Positions 39,391 through 51,090 of a stretch of 64,000 nt of DNA are shown here, piece after piece. Source of the stretch: Candidatus Woesebacteria bacterium (GTDB lineage Bacteria > Patescibacteriota > Microgenomatia > UBA8517); assembly GCA_013426185.1 (NCBI GenBank), contig CP058602.1:74231-138230 (forward strand), in the 5' to 3' direction. A program made the position numbers and the translations under genes. The notes beneath the pieces are model-generated. The model ran no database searches. It had not been told where the DNA came from and saw only the letters and a list, made by a program, of their open reading frames with translations. Every line of letters starts with the position of its first letter. The first letter of the stretch is position 1.

Positions 39391-39686
39391 AATGAAAGCT
39401 GTTGGAGTAGGAGGTGCTCCCCCGGGTTTTTATTTTTTTATCCCGGGATTTTTATTTTTGAAATAAATTATTTTTTTATATTTTCTCTTTTTAAATTGTC
39501 TTAGGATTTTTTTATTTCCAAATTAAACCCGAAAAAGCAATCGATATTATAAGAAAGTGTCAAAAGTGCTTTTAGACCGTAATCACGGACAAAAAGGAAC
39601 TTGTTTTAGACGACCAGTTAATCGTCTAAACTGAGAAACCCCCTTTAAAATCGATTTGGTGAAGCCAGGTTTGAAGCAAATAAAGA

Positions 39687-39997
39687 GCAAATTACAAATT
39701 AAAAACAATATACAAATTACAATATACAAATTCTAAATTCTAATATCTAAATCCTAAACCCTGAACCAGAATAAATTCGATTCAGGGCAAGCAAATTCCA
39801 AATCACAAACAAATTAGGAACACTGAACTTAGTTGAATTATGGAAATAATGCATTCACCTGCATAATACATAATACAAGATACTAGATACAATCTTTCGG
39901 CTAGCTTCGACTGAATTCCGATAGTCGAAAGCTGATGGCTGATGACCGACAACCGACATCTGAAGTCTGACAGCTGATAGCCGATGTCTGATGCTGA
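39687..39997 (-). repeat. Heptamer mosaic block B9 (reverse)
   Basis: (TTACAAA)n, CCCTGAA palindrome 39759-39787, core 39843-39861, (CTGATAG)n. Confidence 0.93.
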
Positions 39998-40000
39998 TTA

Positions 40001-40045
40001 GTGTCGCACAATCTTATTGACAAGTTTGTGGGGGAGTTCTACAAT
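40001..40045 (+). promoter_or_regulatory. xer promoter with upstream dif half-site
   Basis: GTGTCGCACAA (40001-40011) then TTGACA(40017)-N17-TACAAT(40040). Confidence 0.75.
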
Positions 40046-40056
40046 GAATTTAGCTA

Positions 40057-41007
40057 ATGCAAGATAACCTGCCTAAAAACAGCGAACTGTCGTCCAAGAT
40101 TTCTGCTTTTTTGGAGTATCTTGAGGTTGAAAAGGGCTCCTCTTCCCTAACGGTAAGAAACTATAGACATTATTTAACTCGCTTTTTGTTATGGCTTGAG
40201 AAACAAGGTCTTAAGCCGACTCTTCAAAGTATTAAGCCTGAAGTAATTCATAATTATCGTCTTTATCTTTCGCGCTTGGTTGATAAAGACGGCAGGACTT
40301 TATCCCGCAAGACCCAAGGCTATCATTCAATAGCGCTTCGCAGTTTTCTAAAATGGTGTTTGAAAAATGATCTTGAAGTTATGTCTCCTGAAAAGATTGA
40401 ATTGCCAAAAATTGCCGAAAGACAGGTGAAGTTTTTAACAGGAAAGGAGGTTGATAGGCTTTTAAACGCACCATCTTTGTCAACTATAGTCGGCAAGCGT
40501 GACAAGGCTATTTTGGAAGTTCTTTTTTCAACTGGTTTGCGTGTTTCTGAGCTTGTTTCTTTGAATCGTGATAATGTGGATATTAAAAGGCGTGAGTTTG
40601 GAGTGGTTGGTAAAGGCGGCCGTGCAAGAGTGGTCTTTCTTTCAAGTCGTGCCGCTTCTTATCTTGATGAATATCTTAAAGCAAGAGAAGATAGTTTTAA
40701 GCCGCTTTTTATTAGGCACAGTAGGAATTTGGCGCCCAATTTGAAAGATAACCAGATGAGGCTAACAGCTCGTTCTGTTCAGCGAATCTTGAAAAAATAT
40801 TCTCGCAAGGTTAAGTTGCCTTTTGATGCGACACCCCATGTTTTGCGTCATTCTTTTGCGACCGATCTTTTAATGGCAGGAGCTGATATTAGATCAGTTC
40901 AGGAAATGCTGGGGCATAAAAATATCCAGACGACTCAAATTTATACTCATGTAACCCACCGTCATCTAAAGGAGATTTACGATACCTATCACGGCCGCTC
41001 TAGTTAG
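40057..41007 (+). CDS. Tyrosine recombinase XerC/XerD/XerA-like
   Basis: [30 protein letters not shown] catalytic residues. Confidence 0.95.
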   Translation: MQDNLPKNSELSSKISAFLEYLEVEKGSSSLTVRNYRHYLTRFLLWLEKQGLKPTLQSIKPEVIHNYRLYLSRLVDKDGRTLSRKTQGYHSIALRSFLKWCLKNDLEVMSPEKIELPKIAERQVKFLTGKEVDRLLNAPSLSTIVGKRDKAILEVLFSTGLRVSELVSLNRDNVDIKRREFGVVGKGGRARVVFLSSRAASYLDEYLKAREDSFKPLFIRHSRNLAPNLKDNQMRLTARSVQRILKKYSRKVKLPFDATPHVLRHSFATDLLMAGADIRSVQEMLGHKNIQTTQIYTHVTHRHLKEIYDTYHGRSS

Positions 41008-43627
41008 TTTCTTCTTCTTTTTCGTCCTCAGTTATGTTTTTCTCAAGTGTGGCAACGCCTGCTACTGAGTCATCACTCTTGGCAAATCGCATTAGGATTA
41101 CTCCTTGGGTAGCTCGACCCATTTGGGGTATATTTTTAAGAGGCAACTTAATTATTTGTCCCATTGATGAAGTTATAACGACCTGGTCTATTTTTTCGGT
41201 TACGGTTGTCATCGCAGCAAGATTGCCTGTTTTTGGGGTAATTACGGCAGCTTTTACCCCCTTCCCTGCTCTTTTTTGAAGAGGGAAAAGGTCAATGGGT
41301 GTTCTTTTACCAATCCCTTTTTCAGAAACAGTTAGAATGTCTCTAAAGACTTTTCTTCTTTTATCTTTTATCTCAGGGCTTTTAGGATTGAAGACGTCCA
41401 TTCCTATAACTTCATCATCATCTGCAATCTTAATTCCTCTGACTCCTGATGTTGGCCTTCCCATTGCACGCAAGTCTTTTTCGCTAAACCTAATAGACAT
41501 ACCCTTTTTGGTAATAAGTAAGATATTGTCTTCTCCTGTAGTTTTGTCAACTCCGACAAGAGTGTCGTTTGGTTCAAGACGTATGGCAATGATGCCTGAG
41601 GCCCTCATATTCTTAAATGCCGATATTTCGGTCTTTTTTACAATTCCTTTTTTGGTTGCCATTACAAAGTATTTACCTATACCTTCCTTTACCGGAAGGA
41701 TTGACATAATTCTTTCGCCTTGTTCAATATTCAGGATGTTAACGATTGCCTGGCCTTTACTTATTCTGGAACTTTCGGGAATTTCCCAAACCTTGCTTCC
41801 ATAAACCTTGCCACGGTCGGTAAAGAATAGGAGATTGTCGTGCGTGGTGGCAGCAATGATGTGTTCAATTTCGTCCTCTTCTTTAACTGTCATTCCGCTT
41901 ATGCCTTTGCCACCTCGCCTTTGTGATTTAAAAGTGTTTCTTGGCACTCGCTTGATATAGCCTGTTTTGGTAATTGTTATTAGATTTTCTTCAAGAGGAA
42001 TTAGGTCTTCTTCTTTAAATTCGCCTATATCCTGCTTGAAAATGCGGGTTCTTCTTTCGTCTTGAAACTTTTCTTTCATCTCTTGAGTTTCTTTGGTGAT
42101 GATATCTATCACTTTTTGAGGGTCTTTGAGAATATTCGTCAACTCGTCAATTAATTTTTTAACTTCTTCATATTCTTTTTCTATCTTCTCTCGCTCAAGC
42201 GCGGCAAGGCGACGAAGTTGCATATCAAGAATCGCGTTTGCTTGAATTGCTGTTAAGCCAAACTTTTGCATCAAGTTATTTTTGGCGTCTTCTTGGGTTT
42301 TTGAGTTGCGTATTGTTTTTATAACTTCATCCAAATTATCAAGAGCAATCTTTAAGCCTTCTAAAATGTGGGCTCTCTTTTTGGCTGAAGTCAATTCAAA
42401 AATGGTTCTTCTTGTTACTACTTTTTGCCTGTGTTTAATATATTCGGTCAGAATTTGTTTCAAATTGACAAGATGTGGAGTGCCGTCAATTAAAGCTACG
42501 AAATTGGCAGGGAATGTTGTTTGCAATTTTGTGTGTTTGTAAAGATTATTAAGAACTGCTTTTGGTTTTGAGTCTCTTTTAAGATCAATTACTACTCGCA
42601 ATCCTTCTTTATCGGATTCATCTCTTAAGTTAGCGATACCGTTTATCTTTTTATCTTTGACAAGATCCGCAATATCTTTGACCAGTTGAGATTTATTAAC
42701 CTGGTATGGAATTTCGCTTATGACAATTTGAGGCTTACCCTTTTCCTCTTTAATTTCGGCGATGCCACGGACTACTATCTTGCCACGGCCTGTGGCATAG
42801 ACCTCTTTTAAGCTTTGGGCGTTGTAGATTGCGCCGCCTGTTGGAAAGTCAGGGCCGGGTATAATTTTGATAAGATCGTCAATAGTGATATCACTTTCAA
42901 AGCTAAGATTTTGAGGAGTTACTTCCTCCTCGGTTAATTTTTGAGCTTCACCTGACGCAACTAGATTTATTTTCTTGATAACAAATTCCGTTTCTTCTTT
43001 TTGTTTTTCCTGATCAAGAAGAACTACTCTTCCCTTCTTAATGGTTTCAACTATTGCGTCTGCTACTTCTTTTAAATTGTGAGGCGGAATTTTGGTGGCC
43101 ATACCCACCGCAATACCTTCTGAACCCATCAAAAGAAGATTTGGCAAGAGCGCTGGTAAGAATACAGGCTCTTTTAGGGTGGCGTCAAAATTGTCAACAA
43201 AGTCAACAGTATCTTTGTCGATATCAAAAAGCATATATGGAGCGTATTTTGAAAGACGAACCTCGGTATAACGCATAGCAGCAGGTGGATCGCCATCAAC
43301 TGAGCCAAAATTTCCCTGGCCTTGGACAAGCGGATAGCGCATTGAAAAATCTTGTGCTAGCCTTACTAAAGCATCGTAGACAGCCATATCGCCGTGAGGA
43401 TGGTATTTACCTAGTACTTCTCCGACCACTTTGGCTGATTTGCTGAATTGTTTTCCTGGCTCAAGGCCCATCAAATACATGGCGTAAAGAATTCTGCGGT
43501 GGACTGGTTTGAAGCCATCTCTGATATCAGGCAAGGCTCTTGCTACAATAACACTCATTGCATAATCAAGGTAGCTTTTGGAGAGTTCTGAGGTTATTTC
43601 AACTGTTTTGATTTTTCCAATATCCAT
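41000..43627 (-). CDS. gyrA: DNA gyrase subunit A
   Basis: YHPHGD, AAMRYTE, GyrA-box QRRGGKG; ATG at 43627. Confidence 0.98.
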   Translation of the reverse strand: MDIGKIKTVEITSELSKSYLDYAMSVIVARALPDIRDGFKPVHRRILYAMYLMGLEPGKQFSKSAKVVGEVLGKYHPHGDMAVYDALVRLAQDFSMRYPLVQGQGNFGSVDGDPPAAMRYTEVRLSKYAPYMLFDIDKDTVDFVDNFDATLKEPVFLPALLPNLLLMGSEGIAVGMATKIPPHNLKEVADAIVETIKKGRVVLLDQEKQKEETEFVIKKINLVASGEAQKLTEEEVTPQNLSFESDITIDDLIKIIPGPDFPTGGAIYNAQSLKEVYATGRGKIVVRGIAEIKEEKGKPQIVISEIPYQVNKSQLVKDIADLVKDKKINGIANLRDESDKEGLRVVIDLKRDSKPKAVLNNLYKHTKLQTTFPANFVALIDGTPHLVNLKQILTEYIKHRQKVVTRRTIFELTSAKKRAHILEGLKIALDNLDEVIKTIRNSKTQEDAKNNLMQKFGLTAIQANAILDMQLRRLAALEREKIEKEYEEVKKLIDELTNILKDPQKVIDIITKETQEMKEKFQDERRTRIFKQDIGEFKEEDLIPLEENLITITKTGYIKRVPRNTFKSQRRGGKGISGMTVKEEDEIEHIIAATTHDNLLFFTDRGKVYGSKVWEIPESSRISKGQAIVNILNIEQGERIMSILPVKEGIGKYFVMATKKGIVKKTEISAFKNMRASGIIAIRLEPNDTLVGVDKTTGEDNILLITKKGMSIRFSEKDLRAMGRPTSGVRGIKIADDDEVIGMDVFNPKSPEIKDKRRKVFRDILTVSEKGIGKRTPIDLFPLQKRAGKGVKAAVITPKTGNLAAMTTVTEKIDQVVITSSMGQIIKLPLKNIPQMGRATQGVILMRFAKSDDSVAGVATLEKNITEDEKEEETN

Positions 43628-43663
43628 TTTAGGCAAAAAAATAAGGCTATGTGAGCCTATCCA

Positions 43664-43692
43664 ATTTTATCTTGAAGCAAGTTATAAAGCAA
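43664..43692 (-). promoter_or_regulatory. Sigma70-type promoter of gyrA
   Basis: TTGCTT-N17-TAAAAT on the minus strand; the -35 sits at the GAATTCCTCTTGC end motif of block B10. Confidence 0.65.
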
Positions 43693-43695
43693 GAG

Positions 43696-44246
43696 GAATT
43701 CGGATATCGGATGTCAGACGTCGGACATCGGCTATCGGCTATCAGACTTCAGTTGTCGGCTATCGGAATTCAGTCGAAGCTGGCCGGAAGCTAGTATTTA
43801 GTATTTTGTATTATGTATTATGCAGGAGGGACGAGTAGAAAGTAGAATGTAGGAAGTAGTAAGGGTTTATAATTTCTACTGTATCCGTGTGCTAGTACAC
43901 GGACCAAACCCTTTAGGGGGCCAGCGGCTATTCTCTACTCTCTATTCTCTATTCTGTTTGTGATTTGAAAAATTAGATAATTGTGATTTGTTTAGAATTT
44001 AGATATTAGAATTTAGAATTTGTATCTTGTAATTTGGAATTTGTAATTTTCTCTTTTTTCTTTGTTCTATGTTCTTTGTTCTAACCTAGTAGGTAAAAGG
44101 CAAGAGTTAAAAGGTAAAAGGAATTCGAGTAGAAAGTAGAATGTAGTAAGTAGAAAGCAAAATTCTATAATCTATAATCCAAAATCCATAATCTAATCAT
44201 AAAGTTTTAGCTTTTGAGTTTTAAATTTTTAGTTAATTTGTTAACT
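43696..44246 (+). repeat. Heptamer mosaic block B10 (forward) with a unique hairpin insert at 43861-43913
   Basis: Module series shared with other blocks; 44070-44244 directly repeated at 48171-48354. Confidence 0.95.
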
Positions 44247-44263
44247 ATTGTATACTTATTTTG

Positions 44264-45043
44264 ATGAAAAGTTGGCTTATTTTGTTTTTTGTATTGTTTT
44301 TATCTTTAGGATTTGCCTTTTACAAATACACAAATTTTCAGTCTCGCCGAAATCTTCCCAAAATTGAGGAAACAAAAACTTTGGGGGCGAAGGAAGAAAA
44401 TAAAGCCTCGCGATTGTTAGAAATCCCCAATGCCCGCTATTATTTTGATTATTTTGAAGCTGATCCAGATAAACTTTTCCTTTTTGGTAATTTTGAAAAG
44501 GGAGAAAAAGCAGAGGATATTAAATTAAGATTTAATTGCCAAAATTTAACAAATGGAGGCTTTTATGATGATAAGTTTAAACCAATTGGTCTTTTCATAA
44601 GCGAATATGAAGAACTTTCTCCTTGGCAGAAAAATCAGCTTTTTAATGGTGTTTTTTCAATCAATATGTTTGGAACGCCAAGGATTACTCGGGAGCGTCC
44701 GCGTGATTCTTTGAGACTTGCTCTTCAAAGCGGTCCTCTTGTTTTTGAAAACGGAGGTAAAGTTGTTTTTAAAAGTAGTTCAGATCATTCTCGCCGTGTA
44801 GTGGTAGCAGTGACTGGTGAAAATAAACCCTTATTTTTGGTCTTTTACTCTATAAATAATTTCATTGAAGGTCCCACTCTTGATGAATTACCTGTTTTAA
44901 TTGAAAAAATTAATGCGGATCTTAAGCTTGGTATTGCCGATGCTCTTAATTTGGATGGTGGAAATGCTAGCGCCTTTTATTCGGATAATTTGATGGTTTC
45001 TGAAACAACTAGGGTTGGAAGCTTCTTTTGCGTGAAGAAATAG
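44264..45043 (+). CDS. Phosphodiester glycosidase (NAGPA/DUF2233-like) family protein
   Basis: N-terminal TM, NGGFY, PIGL, QSGPL, ALNLDGGNAS. Confidence 0.85.
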   Translation: MKSWLILFFVLFLSLGFAFYKYTNFQSRRNLPKIEETKTLGAKEENKASRLLEIPNARYYFDYFEADPDKLFLFGNFEKGEKAEDIKLRFNCQNLTNGGFYDDKFKPIGLFISEYEELSPWQKNQLFNGVFSINMFGTPRITRERPRDSLRLALQSGPLVFENGGKVVFKSSSDHSRRVVVAVTGENKPLFLVFYSINNFIEGPTLDELPVLIEKINADLKLGIADALNLDGGNASAFYSDNLMVSETTRVGSFFCVKK

Positions 45044-45100
45044 TGGCCACACCATGCAACTTATATGGGTCGCTGAATATGGTCGTAGCTGTGGGGGCCG

Positions 45101-45641
45101 GTATCAATAATCACGTATCACGAAGCAAGTATCAAGAATGGGTAAAAGGCAAGAGACTACAGCTATCGGATATCAGACATCAGATTTCGGCCATCAGAAG
45201 TTAGTAGAAAGTAGAACGTAGTAAGTAGAAAGCATTAATAAATAGTTAAAAGTTAAAAGTTAAAAGAATTTGGATTTCAGCTATCAGTTGTCTGCTGTCG
45301 GAGTTAATTGTTATCTTAATTCATAAATCTTAAATCCTAAATCTAGATTCTATAATCTGTTTGTAATTTGTTTATTACTTGTATATTGTTTGTATATTGG
45401 AATTTGTAATTTGGAATTTGCCTGCCCTGAATCGAATTTATTCTGGTTCAGGGTTTAGAATTTGGAATTTTATTCTCTAATCTCTAATCTGTATTCTGTA
45501 ATCTAATTTTTGACTTTTGACTTTTGAGTTTTAAGTTTTGAGTTTTGAGTTTTGAATTATATTTTTGACTTTTGAGTTTTAAGTTTTGAGTTTTGAGTTT
45601 TGAATTATATTTTTGACTTTTGAGTTTTAAGTTTTAAGTTA
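45101..45641 (+). repeat. Heptamer mosaic block B11 (forward) with a 48-bp tandem duplication
   Basis: (GTATCAC)n,(GGTAAAA)n,...; palindrome 45425-45453; GAATTATA repeated 48 bp apart; 45354-45525 is an inverted copy of 31818-31989. Confidence 0.95.
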
Positions 45642-47897
45642 ACTTCTAATTTCCCTTTTGTTCTCTGTTCTTTGTTCTATTTTATGGCTTCTTGATATTC
45701 CCCAAGCTAGAATGAGAAGCATAAGTAAGCCGAACACAGTCAATTCAGATTTATTTTGATATTGAACAATAACAGGAGCAGCAATTAAGCTTATAAGGTT
45801 GACGACTTTAATCATCGGATTTAAAGCAGGACCTGCAGTGTCCTTGAGAGGGTCTCCAAAAGTGTCACCTTCTACACTTGCTTTGTGTGATGGTGACCCC
45901 TTCCCCCCCAAGTTGCCATCCTCAATGTATTTTTTGGCATTGTCTAATGCTCCTCCAGCAACAGCCATAAACACAGCCATTAATTGTCCTACCAAGATTA
46001 CTCCTGCTAAAAATGCACCTAAAGCTTCGACCTGAAATACTGCTCCGACAAAAAGAGGTAAGGAGATAGAGATGGCAACTAATGTTAAAAGTTCCCTTTG
46101 CGCAGCGCTTGTAGTGATGGCGACTACCTTGTCATATTCCGGTGATACTTTGCCTTCAAGAACCCCTTTTCTTGCGAATTGTTTTCTTACTTCTTCTACA
46201 ACTTTGTTTGCTGCTTTAGCTACTGCCTTGATTGAATAAGCAGAGAAAATAAAAGGCAATGACCCACCCAACAGTAGTCCGATTATTGTGTCAAGTTTTG
46301 AGATTGTTATTTTCTCAATAACCGTTAACCCCAGTCTTGCCTGGACAACGCCCACATCAGTCACATAAGAGAAAAATAGACTGGTGGCCGCTATTACTGC
46401 GGAAGCAATTGCCACTTGTTTAGTAATTGCTTTAGTGGTGTTGCCAGCGGCATCAAGATCAGCCATTATTTTCCATGCCTTTTTACCAACACCCGACATC
46501 TCACCGATCCCATTGGCATTATCTGCAATTGGTCCAAACGAGTCCATGGCAACATTATTACCAGTTAGAGAAAGCATTCCTATTCCGACCATGGCTACTC
46601 CATAGAGCATGTATATGGGAGCATGGCCCGCAAAGGATAATAGACTTATACCTATTGCGATGGCAATGGCTATAATGCTAAAAACGCTTGCCTCCATGCC
46701 AACTACCAATCCTGAAAGAATAGTGGTTGCTGTTCCTGATTTTGTGGAATCAGCTATTTCTCTAACAGGCTTGTAAGCTGATGAAGTAAAGTATGAAGTT
46801 AATGGATTAAATAAATAAGCTAGTAACACACCAGCTGTATTGAGCAGAGCCAGCCTCCATTCACCAGCGTAGTATAAAGCGAGAGCGAAAGAAAATGCGA
46901 TGACAAGAACGCTTGATAAAGCATAAGATCGAAACATTGCTTCTTCTGGGTTTTCTGTACGAATTAGTTTTGATTTCGCTTTGCCCCAGACAGGGACTAA
47001 CAAAGTTCCTACGATTGATGCTATAACACCTGATGCTCTTACAGCTAGTGGGTATATTATCCAGAAGCTATTTCCAGTTAGTTGAACCAGAACGAGACCT
47101 AAAATTAGTGAGGATACCATTGTCACTTCGTAAGATTCAAACACATCGGCGGCCATCCCAGCACAGTCTCCCACATTGTCGCCTACAAGGTCGGCTACTA
47201 CCCCTGCGTTTCTAGGATCGTCCTCGGGGAGGTTTTCTTCGATCTTTCCTACAAGATCGGCACCGACATCAGCGGCTTTCGTGTAAATACCTCCACCTAT
47301 TCTCATAAAAAGGGCAACTAAAGTCCCTCCAAGACCAAAACCCAGTAAAGCGTCTGGAGATGCTTTACCAAAAATGATAAATATCACAATTCCTCCCAGC
47401 AACCCCAATCCACTAGCGAGCATGCCCGTAAAGGTGCCTGCTTTGTGTGCGATGGCTAGTGCTTCGTTTGCCCTACCCAATTTAGCTTGGTTGGCGACTC
47501 TGACGTTACCTTCTATTGCAACTCTCATGCCCAGTTGGCCCACTAGAGTTGAGAAAGTGGCGCCGATTATGAAAGCTATCGTTCTGCCAATGGCTACAAC
47601 AGGCACCGCCTTGTCCCCAAAAATTTCAATAGATTCTTTGGATGGAGGCACTATATAAACACTTAGAAACAAAACTAAGGTCAATGCTAGTACCGAGATG
47701 ATAATTGTTTTTAGCTGTTTTCTTAAGTAACCTTCAGATCCTTCTTTGATAGCGGTCCACACTTTTACCATCTTGGCATTTCCTTTGGGAGAAGAAATAA
47801 CATTTTTCCAGAGCCATAGAGCGTACATGAGACTTACTAGAGAAGTTCCTAATACAAAGACAATTATGTTCTTTTCAATTAGAGATAGCTCGCTCAT
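45639..47897 (-). CDS. hppA: Membrane-bound H+-translocating pyrophosphatase (K+-independent type)
   Basis: GGGIYTKAADVGADLVGKIE, DDPRN, GDNVGD, GNTTKA, GDPLKDTAGP. Confidence 0.96.
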   Translation of the reverse strand: MSELSLIEKNIIVFVLGTSLVSLMYALWLWKNVISSPKGNAKMVKVWTAIKEGSEGYLRKQLKTIIISVLALTLVLFLSVYIVPPSKESIEIFGDKAVPVVAIGRTIAFIIGATFSTLVGQLGMRVAIEGNVRVANQAKLGRANEALAIAHKAGTFTGMLASGLGLLGGIVIFIIFGKASPDALLGFGLGGTLVALFMRIGGGIYTKAADVGADLVGKIEENLPEDDPRNAGVVADLVGDNVGDCAGMAADVFESYEVTMVSSLILGLVLVQLTGNSFWIIYPLAVRASGVIASIVGTLLVPVWGKAKSKLIRTENPEEAMFRSYALSSVLVIAFSFALALYYAGEWRLALLNTAGVLLAYLFNPLTSYFTSSAYKPVREIADSTKSGTATTILSGLVVGMEASVFSIIAIAIAIGISLLSFAGHAPIYMLYGVAMVGIGMLSLTGNNVAMDSFGPIADNANGIGEMSGVGKKAWKIMADLDAAGNTTKAITKQVAIASAVIAATSLFFSYVTDVGVVQARLGLTVIEKITISKLDTIIGLLLGGSLPFIFSAYSIKAVAKAANKVVEEVRKQFARKGVLEGKVSPEYDKVVAITTSAAQRELLTLVAISISLPLFVGAVFQVEALGAFLAGVILVGQLMAVFMAVAGGALDNAKKYIEDGNLGGKGSPSHKASVEGDTFGDPLKDTAGPALNPMIKVVNLISLIAAPVIVQYQNKSELTVFGLLMLLILAWGISRSHKIEQRTENKREIRS

Positions 47898-47939
47898 TTT
47901 TCAAAAAAAAACAAACTCGTCAACTGCGAGTCTTGAGTT

Positions 47940-47968
47940 ATTCTAGGAATATGTGTTTTTTTTGTCAA
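47940..47968 (-). promoter_or_regulatory. Sigma70-type promoter of hppA
   Basis: TTGACA-N17-TAGAAT on the minus strand, adjacent to block B12. Confidence 0.7.
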
Positions 47969-47977
47969 GAAGGAAAA

Positions 47978-48454
47978 TTAGTCGGAGCTGGCCGAAAGAC
48001 AATATTGTATCTAGTATCTTGTATTATGTATTATGCAGGAAATACAAGTAGAAAGTAGAAAGTAGTAAGTAGAAAGTAGAAAGCAAAATTAATAAATAGT
48101 TAAAAGTTCAAAGTTAAAAGTTGGAATTTTTTGTTTGTAATTTGGAATTTGTGATTTGTAATTTTCCCTTTGTTCTTTGTTCTAACCTAGTAGGTAAAAG
48201 GCAAGAGGTAAAAGGTAAAAGGAATTCGAGTAGAAATTAGAACGTAGTAAGTAGAAAGCAAAATTCTATAATCTATAATCTATAATCCAAAATCCATAAT
48301 CTAATCATAAAAAGTTTTAACTTTTGAGTTTTAAGTTTTTAGTTAATTTGTTAATTTGTTAACTGTTAATTGTTATATTGTAATTTGTATATTGTTTGTA
48401 TATTGGAATTTGGAACTTGGAATTTGTAATTTTATTCTTTGTTCTTTGTTCTAA
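47978..48454 (+). repeat. Heptamer mosaic block B12 (forward)
   Basis: Module series shared with other blocks; about 180-bp direct repeat with B10. Confidence 0.95.
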
Positions 48455-48457
48455 TTT

Positions 48458-50416
<1,959 letters not shown>

Positions 50417-50461
50417 CTAATTATAGCTTTAAATTGATCTTAAGTTAAGAGCAGGTTAATC

Positions 50462-51070
50462 CTAAAGGTTGATAACCATTCTTGTCAACTGGAGTTTGAC
50501 ATTTGCGTTTGATTTTATGGCCAAAAGAGCTTGATTTGCGTGTATAAGACAACGCGATATTTTAGTATCCCTTTCTTTTTGGTAAATGGATTTTTCGCAA
50601 AATTGAATTAATCCTTCTAGAAATTCTAACGCTTCTTCCCTCTTTTTAATTTTATCAACATAAAGAAGTTGCAGACCCTTTTTTTTGTTAAGGAAAGCTA
50701 AATATTCAGGATTAATATCTTTATTTTCTTCTCTTTTTGAAGTAAGTTTTATTATCTGGCATCTTGAGATAACAGTGGGTATAACACTTTTTATATTTCT
50801 TGTTGTTAGAATAAAAATTATATTTGGCCCTGGTTCTTCAATATTTTTTAGAATAGCGTTTAAGGCTGGGAGAGAGGCTTTTTCTACTTCTTTAATTATT
50901 ACTGCCAGTTTTTGCTGATGTGAGAGTTTGGTTAATTCTTTTAATTCTCGAGCATCTTCAATTGTCTTAAGTTTGAATTCAGAGACAATTGCTTGGTTTT
51001 TTTTTACAATCTCATTTATTTTTTCCTCAATTCTTTTTTTATCAGTAGAGGCAATGATAAACGAGTTCAT
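50462..51070 (-). CDS. holB: DNA polymerase III delta-prime-like clamp loader subunit (short)
   Basis: NAILKNIEEP, IPTVISRC; ATG at 51070 follows TATATT. Confidence 0.75.
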   Translation of the reverse strand: MNSFIIASTDKKRIEEKINEIVKKNQAIVSEFKLKTIEDARELKELTKLSHQQKLAVIIKEVEKASLPALNAILKNIEEPGPNIIFILTTRNIKSVIPTVISRCQIIKLTSKREENKDINPEYLAFLNKKKGLQLLYVDKIKKREEALEFLEGLIQFCEKSIYQKERDTKISRCLIHANQALLAIKSNANVKLQLTRMVINL

Positions 51071-51090
51071 AAGTGGAATATACAACATAT

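Noticed and set aside
40057-41007. Prophage or integron integrase
   Set aside because: Housekeeping Xer-like sequence next to a dif-like site; no IntI insertion or phage genes. Nothing in the sequence links it to the heptamer blocks.
43870-43890. TAATTTCTACT resembling a Cas12a direct repeat
   Set aside because: It lacks the closing GTAGAT stem and is not part of an array; TTCTACT is one of the local heptamers.
45044-45100. Possible small RNA after the glycosidase gene
   Set aside because: Only weak, ambiguous pairing and no recognisable family.
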